Source of the DNA: an uncultured Clostridia bacterium | Lineage (GTDB): Bacteria > Bacillota > Clostridia > TANB77 > CAG-508 | Direction of reading: 5' to 3' | Assembly: GCA_947628845.1 (NCBI GenBank) | Contig: CANRBK010000001.1 | Coordinates: 1-56,046, forward strand | DNA length: 56,046 nt | In this document: in pieces, positions 19,880 through 32,000 of the stretch | Layout of the letters: each line of letters opens with the position of its first letter | Numbering within the stretch: the stretch's first letter is position 1 | Translations under genes and position numbers: made by a program | The notes under the pieces: model-generated | Told to the model about the DNA's origin: nothing | The model's database searches: none | What the model saw: only the letters and a program-made list of their open reading frames with translations

Positions 19880-19894
19880 TTAAAAATATAGACA

Positions 19895-19923
19895 AAAGAT
19901 AGCAATTAATTTGCTATCTTTTA
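19895..19923 (+). terminator. Hairpin terminator
   Basis: aaagatagcaa-ttaat-ttgctatcttt is an 11-bp perfect stem with a short T tail. Confidence 0.5.
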
Positions 19924-19958
19924 ATATATAAATGCAAAGCTAATAAATGTTTAAAATG

Positions 19959-19987
19959 TTGACTTTTGTCGTAAAATCGATTAAAAT
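19959..19987 (+). promoter_or_regulatory. Candidate sigma-A promoter of the giant Zmp-like gene
   Basis: TTGACT (19959-19964), a 17-nt spacer, then TAAAAT (19982-19987). Confidence 0.45.
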
Positions 19988-20048
19988 AATTATGTATTTT
20001 TACGATTATAATTATATATTGCAAAAATTTTAAAAGGTGGATGAAAAT

Positions 20049-23000
20049 ATGAAAAAAATATCAATTTTTTTACTAACAATTATTATTTCTTTAGTAATTA
20101 CAACAAATGTAAAAGCAGCAGATAATGTAATACTAAAATCAACAAAAGATAAGGTAAATTTAGGAGAAGAAATTACTATTTCATTAGACCTAAATGTAGA
20201 GAATATAATATCTTTATATGCTTATACTGCAAAGTTAAGCTATGATAAAGATGTTTTTGAAATTATAGAAAAGGATAATTTTGAAGAAAGCGAAAATTGG
20301 TCTGATATAACATATAATACCAAAAATAACAAATTTGCGTTAATTAATAAAGAAGGAGATACAAAAACAAATTCTTTGCAAATTAAACTAAAAGTAAGGG
20401 AAGATGCTACTCCAGGAAAAACTATTATTGCAGTAAATAGTATAACTGCGTCTGACGGAGAAAAAGATATTAAATTAGATAGTGAATCAGTAGAAGTTAT
20501 GATATTGAAAGATGGATTAGCAGAAAATGAAAGCATTCCAATTAATACAGAAAATGAAGTAACTGAAGAAAATACTATAATAGAAGTAGAAAAAGATTAT
20601 TCATGGATTGCTTATATACTTATTGCATTAATGATAATTATATTCATATTTGTAATCTATTATTATATAAAAAGTGAGCAAGAAGAAACGCCTACAAATA
20701 AAAGAATTACTATTATTTCAACATCAATTATTATATTAATTATTTTATTGATATTTATTATTATTATTTTGGCTGATAAAAAAGCAGATGTTAATAAAGA
20801 TAGTCAAGTGGATTATGAAGATACAAAAGATATAATAGAATATTTATTAGAGATTAAGAATCCAAATGAAGATGAAAATATAAGTGATAAAGATATAAAT
20901 AAAGATGGGCAAATTACAATAGGAGATGTTGCAAAATCTGTAAATCAAGCAACAAATCAAAGCTATAAAAATAGCTCAAGCAATATCAAAAATTCAAACA
21001 AAACGACCAGCTCAAGCGAACAAACAAATCCAAACGAACCAGTAACTCCAAGTGAGCCAACAACTCCAAACGAACCAACAAGCCCAAGCGAACCAGCAAA
21101 CCCAAGCGAACCAACAACTCCAAGTGAACCAATAAAAGCTACTATTATTAGTAGTATGCCAACAAATTATTATGTTGAAAAAGGTAAAAATGTAGAAATA
21201 ACATATACTATTGAAGATAACACAAACGAAGATGTAAAACAAATTCGTATAAATGGTGTAGCAATTGCAGTAACAAAGGTTTCTGATGGAGTTTATAAGA
21301 TAAGTGCTCCAATAGATGGAACAATACCACAAAACAGAAAAGTAAAACTAGAAGTAACTGAAATTATATATACAACAGAAGTAGTATCAACAATTCATAC
21401 AACAGAAGTAGAAATATTAAAATTAGTTCCAACAATAACTGATGACTATATTACTCATAAAGAAGATAAATCAATATTACATTTTAACTTAGTAGATGAA
21501 GATGATACATTTATTAGCGGTAAAGTAGTTGTTATAGCAGAAGATGGAACAAAAACAGAAAAAGAATTTACTCACAATGGAAATAATTCAATAGAAATTG
21601 AAATAAGCGATTTTATAAAATACAATATAAAAATAGAAGTTACTTATGATTTAGATACTAATAAAAATGATAATGTAAATAAAAAAGAAAATGAAATAAT
21701 AAAAGAACATGAGGTACTATTAGAAAAAAATTATAATTTACAAGTAACAGATTTTAAATTAGTATCAGTTACAGAAGATATAGTTACATTACAATTTACA
21801 AGTACTAATGAGACACAAAATAAATATTACATAGAAAATGTTATTATAAATAATAAAGAGTACACAGTAATTAGAGAAGGAAACACTTATATAGTAAATG
21901 TTCCAACAGAAGATTTTGGAAAAGAAAGAAGCAGATTAATATTACAAGAAGTAATAATAAATTATATAGGCTTTGATAAAGAAATATATTTTAACGACAT
22001 AGAAGATATATTAGTATTTAAGACGCATCCAACGGCAACAATAGATGGAATTATTGTAGGAGAAAATCAAAATACAATTAGTGTTAATAATATTAAAATT
22101 ATTGATAATGATAATACCATTAATAAGAAATATGCTGTATTAAAATATGGAGAAAATATAGTAAGTAAAAAAGAAATTACTGAAAATGCAGTAACATTTA
22201 ATACAGAAAATATAGAAAATATTTATAAAGCAGGAAAATATACTATAGAAATAGCAGCAGACTATGATGCAGTTGATGGCAAAGAGCATATTGTAGAAAC
22301 AATTGGAACATCAGAAGAATTTACTATAGCAATTTGTGCACAAATAGTAAGTAGTGAATTAAATACTTATCCAAAGAAAAATGAAAATATGACAATAAAA
22401 TATAAAATTAAGGATAATACAGATGAACAAGTAACAGCAATTTATATAAATGGAGAGAAAAGAGATGCTACAAAAGTAGAAGAAAATGTTTATTCAGTAT
22501 CATATACTGCTCCAGAAACAAGTGGACCAGCTAGCATAACAGCTTCTAAAATATGCTATGGCACAGAAGAAATAGTGGTAACTAACAAAGTTGATAATAT
22601 TGATGTATTAAAAACCAAGCCATATCTATTAAATAAACAAGAAGACGACTTTGAAATATATGAAGATTTTGCTAATAAAACGATAACAGTTGTATTTACA
22701 ATAGTAGACCCTGATAATGCAAGTATAGAGAAAGAAGGATATGTAACTTTAGCAGCAGGACATTTTACAGATACAAGCGGAAACAATATGCCTAAATATA
22801 ATATAGGAGAAAAAACAACTATTACATTTAAAGATGTAACTAATGGATCATATATGTTACAAATATATACTCCTCCATATGATTTAGACTCTAACCCAAA
22901 TGATGATAAAAATCATTATATAGATGTAAGCAATGGAAGTAGAACTGCAATGAGAATTGTAGAATTCATGCAAGATCCTTCACAATTCCATGTAGACAAT

Positions 23001-26000
23001 ATTACTGCAAAAACAGATTTAAAAGGAACTACAAAATATCTAAATAAAAATGAAAAATATAAGTTAAGTTTTACAGCAGATGCTATTAATACAAGTGATC
23101 AATATTATTATCCTCAATATATTCGTATAAAAGGAGATAGTAATATTTCAGAAAGAACATTTGAACTAGAGAGAAATGGAAAAACATATATAACAAAAGA
23201 ATATTTAGATGGATATGATAATATTGGACCAACTGAAGTTGAAATTGAAAGTATAATACTAAACAACAATGAAGTAATTTCTTTGACAGATAAAAAACTA
23301 CAAATAGAAGTTTTGAAAGAGAAGTTAGATATTTCGGATTTTGTAGTAAATATGGATTCACAAGCCGAAAAAGCAACAATAACTTACAATATGACAGATA
23401 CTGATAATAGTTTTATTAGTGGAAAAATTGTAATAACAGATACTGAAAATGAAGAAGAACAAAAGATTATAACTATTGAAAAAGGAAAAACGAGTTATGA
23501 TGTAAAATTAACACCATTTAAAAACTATACTGCAGAATTATTTATAACTTATGATTTAGATGGAGATAATACACTTGGATCAGAGAATCAAAAAGAAGAA
23601 ATATTTGCTACTGCTAATATAGAATTAAAAGTAGACTATGAGCTTTCAATAAGTGATTTGCAAGTAGTAAATATAGATAAAGAAAAATCAGTGGCAACAC
23701 TTACATTTAAATCAACAAATGTATCAAAGCATAAAATATCATTTGTAAAAGTAGAAGGGCAAGAAGAATTATGTGGAGTAGGTTATAATAAAGAAACAGA
23801 TACGTATACATTTGAATACAAGATTAACTCAGAGAAATTAGCAACAAAGGAAAGAACAGAAATTAAAATAAAACAAGTAAAACTAGATAATAATGACGAA
23901 TTAGATATTGCACAAGAAATAGCGGCAATAATATTTAAGAACAAACCAACAATAGAGAATCTAAAACTAGAAGTAATAGATAATATAAAAATTACAGCCG
24001 CATTTGATGTAAAAGATACTGATAATACACTAAATTATTTATATGTTGGCTTAAAAAATAGTGCAGGAAATGAAGTAATAGAAGATACATTAGAACCAAC
24101 AGATAGAGATGTTACTTTTGATATAACAGAGCCAGACAAATATACAATTGTAGTTAAAGGAAGCTTTAATTTAATAGATGGTGAAGAACACAATAAAGAT
24201 GTTCTTAAAGAAAGCGATGAAGTTGCAGAAATACAAGTAAATGCAAAAATATTAGAAAGTATATTACAAAATAAATATCCTAATAAAAATGAGACAATAG
24301 AAATACAATATAAAATAATGTCAAATACTAATTTTAAACCAACAAAAGTTACTATAAATGATAATAAAGAGTATGAGTTAATACCGACTGGAAAACCAGA
24401 TATTTATAAGATTTCATATCAAGTATCAGATGTTCCAGGTCAAGTTGATTTAAAAGTAAGTAAAATATATTTTGAAAATGAACAATTTGTAACTTTAGAA
24501 ACACCTTATATAGATTCTATAGATGTATTAAAAAGTGTACCAATAGTTAATATAACTTCAGAAGATTTTGTAGAAAAAGGTTTAGTAATGTTCAATATTG
24601 ACGTAACTGATCCAGATGGAGCTATGACTTCAGGAAAAGCATTTGTACATGAAAATGAGGGAGTTAAAACACTAGAAAGTGGACCAAATACATTAATAGT
24701 TAATGTTGAACCAGATACATCACATACTTTAACAATAGAAATAGAATATGATTTAGATTCAAACACTATACAAGAAACTGAAAATAAGAATAAATCAACA
24801 ATATCTGAAAAAAGGATATTTACATTAACATCTAATTACAATCTAGAAATTAACAATTTACATGCTATAAATCCAACTACTGGGGAAGATATAAAATATG
24901 TTAATAAAGGTGAACAAATACAATTAAGATTTAATAGTGTAAATAGCACAGAGCTTACACCTAAAAAAGTATTTTTAAATGATATGCAAAACGAAGAATC
25001 TGACGGAACATTATATGATGTTTATCCAGTTGAAAATAGCAAAAATGAATATTATGTTAATTTAACTGCTGAGAATAAGGCTGGTAATCAAAAATTTGAA
25101 ATAGAATCTGTTATATTATCTAGCGGAAAAACTATTAATAAGGAACAATTTAAAGATAATAAAAATCCAATAGTTGATTTAGTAATTTTGAAAACTAAAC
25201 CTACAATAAGTGGTTATACATCATCAAATGTAGGAAATAGTGTTATAGTAACATTTAATATAACAGATAATGATAAAGCATTAAATAATAGTAAAATTAA
25301 GTTAATTAATGAAATAACAAATGTAGAAATAACCTCAAAGGATATCACAGAAGGAACAAATAATCATACATTTGATGCTTTGGAGCCAGGAGTTAAATAT
25401 ATAATAAGACTTGAAAACAGTTACAGATTAAGTGATGATGGAAAAAATGATAATACAGAAATATTTAAAGATGACCATATAGAAATAACCAAAAAAGAGG
25501 AGTCAAATTTCAAAGCTAGAAATCTTAAAGTTACAGAAAGAGTTCCAATAAATAAAAAAGCGCAAGTGTCATTTGAAAATGGAGTAATGTCTTATCAAGA
25601 TGTTGATAAAATAACAATAGATGACGTTGAGTATTCTGTTGAAAAAGACGATAAAGGTGTATATAAGTTAGAATTAGAACCAAAAGAAAAAGGTGTAAAT
25701 ACAATACAAGTTCAAAATGCAAAAATAGGAGAAAAAACATTTCCAATAAATCGTCCACTATCATATACTTATGAATTTGCTATTCCAGAGGCAAAAGAGG
25801 TTACCGAAATTGAAGAAGAAGCAGGTAAGGCAATAATTAAATACAAACTAGAGGATCCAGATAAATCTATTAGAGGTTTAACAGCATACATGAAAAATAG
25901 CTCTGGATCAGTAGCAACACAAATAAATGTAGAAAAATATAGCATTGAAAATGGGGTAGAAAATATAGTAGAAATGTCATTATTAAAATTAAATACATAT

Positions 26001-29000
26001 TCTATTGAATTAAGAGCAACTTGTGATATTGGTAATGGTACAACAGAGGAAAAAACATTATTTGAAAAAGATAAAATTTCTCCACCACAAGTTACAGTTA
26101 TAAAAAATGAAATAGATAAAGAATATGTTGAAAAAGGTGGCAAAGTTGTATTAACATTCGTAATAAATACAAATGTTGATAGTGATGTTAAGAAAATATA
26201 TATAAACCAAGATGGTTATAATGTGGAAAAAGTGTTAGATGAAGATAAGAAAGTAATACCAGATACTTATACAGTAACACTAGAAGCTCCTAAAGAAGCA
26301 GGAGTATTTGAACAAAATGTAACAAGCATAAAAATTGGAGATAGCCAGATAGATGCAGATTATGACAAAGACCTTGAAAAAAATAAAGTTTGCATTAAAG
26401 TACTAAAAGATGTTCCAACACTTACACACTTTATAGTAAATGAACAAGAAGGAAAAATTACATTTAAAGTAAATGATGAAGATAAAGCTTTATCAAAAAG
26501 TATAAATTCAAAATTAATAGTTAAACAAGAAGATAGGGAAGTTGGTACAGCAGAATTAAATAAAGGTGGAACAGAATATGATTTAGACTTAGAAAAAATA
26601 GGAATGACTGCAAAAAGTTACCCACAACCATATAATGTAGTTGTTAATTCAACTTATGATTTAAGACCAGATGCACCTGAAAATATGAATATATTCCAAA
26701 AAATAAAGAACTTCTTTACTGGAAATAAAAATGAGGTAAAAACTATAGCAAATGGAGATACGACAGAGAACGAAGATGGCGAAGAAGAACCAGAAGAACC
26801 AAAAGAGGGCATTAGAGTATCAGATATATTTAATAAAAATATTGAATTGACAGGAAATATTTCATACAATTTAGATTTTGAAGATAAAGGACGTTATTAT
26901 TTATTTAATATGAAAACTCCTGTAGAAGTAGAATTTGATTGTTCAACAGGTACTAGATATAAAGTTGAAAAAGTAATTCTTGAAGGAAAAGAATATCCTG
27001 TTGTAATAACAAAAGAACTTGGAGACAATAAATATACATATCAAGCTATGTACATACCAAGTTCATATTCTCAAGAATCAATACAATATAATAAGATAAT
27101 ATTAGAAAATGGTAAAGCTTTCGATATAAATGAAACTATACCATGTATGATTGTTCAAGCAGAACCAACATTTAGTATAACAAACTTTACAGAGGATACA
27201 AAGGAAAGAAAAGTTAGATTTGGTTATAAATTAGTAGATGATGATAAAAAATTAGCTGATAGTCCTACATTTACATTAAAAGATTCACAAGGTAGCATTC
27301 TTCAAACTATAAAGGCAAAAGATGGGGAAAATATGGTTGAATTTGATATACCAGATCCACCTACATCAATATATAATTTAAGTGTTACAGTGCCAAAATA
27401 TGTAGTAAGTGGTTGGGATTATACAGAAATATGGGAAGCATATAATGATTCACATAAATCAAGTGTTACAACATCAATTTTAAGTAGTGAAATTCAAAAT
27501 AAATACCCTAAAAAAGGTGAGACAATTGAAATTATATATAACATTAGTAGTACAAGGGTAGTACTTATAGATAAAGAAGACCATACAAACCAAGATAAAG
27601 CAGTAAGTATTACAAAAATGATAATAAACGGAAAAGAGTATGATGTTGAAACATTAGATGAAAAAGATTATGGAAAAGAAAAATACAGAGTATATTATAC
27701 TGCTAAAGATGATGATGGAATAGAGGAGATTAATGTTTCAAAAATCTTGTTCTCAAATGGAGATGAAGAAGAATTTCCAAGAAAAGATAAAATAGATATA
27801 TTAAAAGAAACTCCACAAATTGTAGACTTTAAAACTGAAAATAATATAGAAACGGGAAAAGTTACATTTAAATTTAAAGTTTTAGATCCTGATAGTGTAT
27901 TAGGAACGAATTCAATTTATGCACAAGTAGATGAAAATGGTGAAACACAACCGGTAAATATTGGAGAGAATACACTTACATTTGATGCTAAATTAAACCA
28001 ATTATCTAAATTTAAAGTAAAAGCTACTTATGATTTGGATTCAGATCAATTAACAACTGAAACTGATGATAATTCTTATGAGATGAATACAATATTTGAA
28101 AAACCATTTATACTTACAGAAGAATATGCAATTAATTTCAGTAATATAAAGAAATACAACTCAAAAGGTGAAGAAACAGAGTACTTTGAAAAGAATGAAG
28201 ATATAAAACTTACTTATGAATGTACTACAAATTGGCAAGAAATATATCCAGAATTAATTGTTATAAATGGTGAAAATTATACACCACAAAAAGTAGATAA
28301 TGAACCAAATACATATTTTGTTAAATTAAAATCTGCTAATAATGCAGGAAAAGCGGATATTACATTTGATAGAATATTATTAAATAGTGGAAATGAAGTT
28401 TCACTAACAGGTCAAAAAACAACATATGAAGTATTAAAAGATATAGTTGCAGTTGACGAATTTACATATACTATTGGAGATAATAACGATAAAATTCAGT
28501 TACAAATAAATATTAAAGATATTGATAGTTCAAATAAAAATTTAACATTAGAAATTAAAGATGAATATGATCATCCAATAAATATAAATAAAAGTACTTT
28601 GAATGTGGGCAAAAATATAATTGAATTTGATAAAACAAGTGCTGGAAAATATTTTGCATCAATCTATTCAACTTATGATAGAGATATGGATGAAAATAAT
28701 TCAAAGAATAATGCAACTAATGAAAGAATACATTATTCTATTATTACAGTAAATACTAGATATATTGAAATGAAAGATATAGTTGATATTGAGCTATATA
28801 AATATGGAAAAACCGGAGAAGCAGAAAGAGTTGATAGTATAACACCAGAAAGTTTAAATCCTATAGAAAATTGCCTAGTTAAAGTAATAATGAAAGATAT
28901 ACCAGAATTTTATAGTAATATTACAAAATATAGTATAGAAGATAATAAATTAAAATTAGTTCTAGAATATACAGATGCAATGGTATTTAATGGAAATGCA

Positions 29001-32000
29001 GAATTAAAACCATTAGAGGTTACACTAGAATTATCATCTAATGGAACAGCTGAATATCAATATGATAAATCATTTAACTCATTAATAGATGAGATGAAAG
29101 CAAATCCAGAGGGCACATTTAATTTAACTAAAGATTATGATTTAGCAGGATATGCAGCAAATAATGATGATTCTACATCAATTATAGATTTCGAATTTAA
29201 AGGTATTTTAAATGGTAATGGACACAGAATATATAATTTAGGAAAGCCTTTATTCAATACACTAAAAGATGCAACAATTGAAAATATTATAATTGATAAG
29301 CCAGAACCTAAAATTTTAAGTAATACAGCGATTCTTGCTAAATTAGTAGAAGGTACTACAATTAAAAATGTTCATATCATGAATCCTATTTGTAATTTTA
29401 CTGGTCATGCCGGTATAATAGCATTTGATGTAAAGAATAAATCTGTTATAGAAAGTTGCAGTGTTACTAACATAGTAGGTAACTATAATGGATATGCGCA
29501 ACTTACGAGTGGTTTTGTAACTAATTTATATGATTCTACAATTAAAAATTGTTATCTACAAGGAAAAATTGGTGGAGGATGGCATTTTAATGCAGCATTT
29601 GTTAAATCAGCAGATAAATATTCTGAAATATCTAACAATATAGTTAATGTAACATACACACCAAGTTGGGATAATAACTATGGCGGTAATGGAGGATTAA
29701 CATACACACCAGATGGTGCATTACTAAAAAATAACTTATGTTTAATAGAAAGTGGTAAAGCAAGTATAATACATTATAATGGTTCTCTTAATAAAGATTC
29801 AAAAAATAATTATCAATTAGAAGAATCAACAGCACCAAAAAATGAAAACGAAAAGGGTATTGAAACAATATCTAAAAAAGATATTACATCAGAGTTCTTT
29901 AAAAACATATTAGAATTTTCAAGTGAAATTTGGAATATACCAAATGATGCTTCAATTAGCAATTTACCAACATTAAAAAGTGTATCAGAATCATATAGTG
30001 ACAATGGAGTACAGCCAGAAAATTCTAAAGTTTATATACCAGATTATAATAGAGTTACTAAGTTAGCTGAATATAAGAAAAATAAAGAAATTACATATCA
30101 TAATATGTATAAGATAATGCCATTTTATGATGCAAAAGAATTAATAAATGATGGAAATAAGATACCAGATGGAAACATTTTAAATACAAAACTAATTAAA
30201 TACATAGTTCCATATAACAAAGACGGAAAAATGGTTACGTATTTAACAACAGAAAATTATAATAGTTTAGGTAAAATCAAGATGGTATTCGAAGATGGTA
30301 CAACTCAAGAACATCATATAGATTTTGACGATTATTATGGAAACGTAGCTTCTTATATGATTTCTGATTTAAAAATAGGATATAATTATAATAGGTATGT
30401 AATAGATACAAAATTGAAAATAGTTCAAGAACTTATTGAAGAAGCGTCAAAATATGAATTTACTAGAGATTTAGAACCTCTTACTACAAAAATAGAAGAT
30501 AGTAGATTATATAAAGAGCACTTTGAAAAAGTAACTAAAAACCATATTCCAGAATTTGTAGTAAATAGTTTAGTAAACTTAGGATATACACCAGCATTTG
30601 AAAGTGACGTATTAGATAATAAAATAAGACAAGAACTTATAGATACAAATAAATTAAAACAATTATTATTTGCATATAATTATTTTACTTACTGGTATAA
30701 TCTAGATATGCAAGGTATAAATCTTGCAGATGCAGTTATGTTCCAAGCTAACCAAATGTTTGATGATAGAATGAATTTAGAAAATATGTCTTCAAACTTA
30801 ATAAATGAAAGCAACTCCGCAACAAATGGAACAGCAGGATTTTATAATAATTATTTAGCATCTTTAACAAAATGTAGCAATTTAGGATTATTCTTAGACT
30901 ATTATGTAACAACATTAACAGATTATAAAGATGGAAATGAGTGGTTTAAAGATAACTTTAAAGGTGGTATATATGAAACTGTAGATATCGAAAGAAATGG
31001 AACTGATTATACAATTTGGGATCATGTTAAAAAAGATGGTAAAGTACAAAATGATATATTACCAGCTCTAACAGTGCCAGAAAACTCTATGTTTATAATA
31101 AGTGCACCAACACAAGTATGTTTCGGTTCATTACGTGTATATGTAAATAATCCAAATGATGAAAAACAAATAGAACAATTTAGAGAAAATAAATTAAAGC
31201 TATATTTAGATCAGATAAAATCTTTCTATGTATTTGGATATGATTTTTGGGGAGCAGATACATTGAACAAGTATTGTGATGTACAATATGATATGAGAAC
31301 AACATATACAGGTAGACGTGAAGAAACAGTTTACAACAATCCATTAACGACAGAAGAAAATTATCATAAATACTTTATAGAAGCAATTAACAGATGGGCA
31401 GGAACATCTGGAGGAGCTTATGCTAATGGTAGTGAGGTATTCTGGAATGTAATTAAAATGCTAGATGGTGGATTCAGAGTTTCAACACATGAAACATTAC
31501 ATAATCAGGATAGTAAAATATTCATGAATAATTATGGTCGTAGAGGTGGAGCAGAAGATTATGCAGCTGGATTCTTACAACAATATTATAGAGATGGATG
31601 GGTAAGTCCAAATATATTTGATGAAGAACCAAATAAAGAAAACACTACACAAAACCTTCATCGTTCAACTGTAAATACTAATGATAAGTTAACAAAATTC
31701 TATAGAAACTATTTTAGAACAAATGACTTTTTAGATTATATAGAAGCACAAGCATTCTTTAAACTAAGTGATGAAGAAAAAGCTAAACTTGTTACACAAG
31801 TATCTTATCCAAAAAAGAGTGATGCAGAGCAAGACGAAGGAGATAGTACAGTAGCATATCAACCTCTAACACTTGATACAGTAAAAGCTATGAAATTAGA
31901 TAGCATAGAAAAACTTTGGGATAATCGTATAATGTTAAGACCTAAAAATAAAGAATATGAAGTACATTCACCAGGAGCAGATACAGATTCAATCTTCAAT

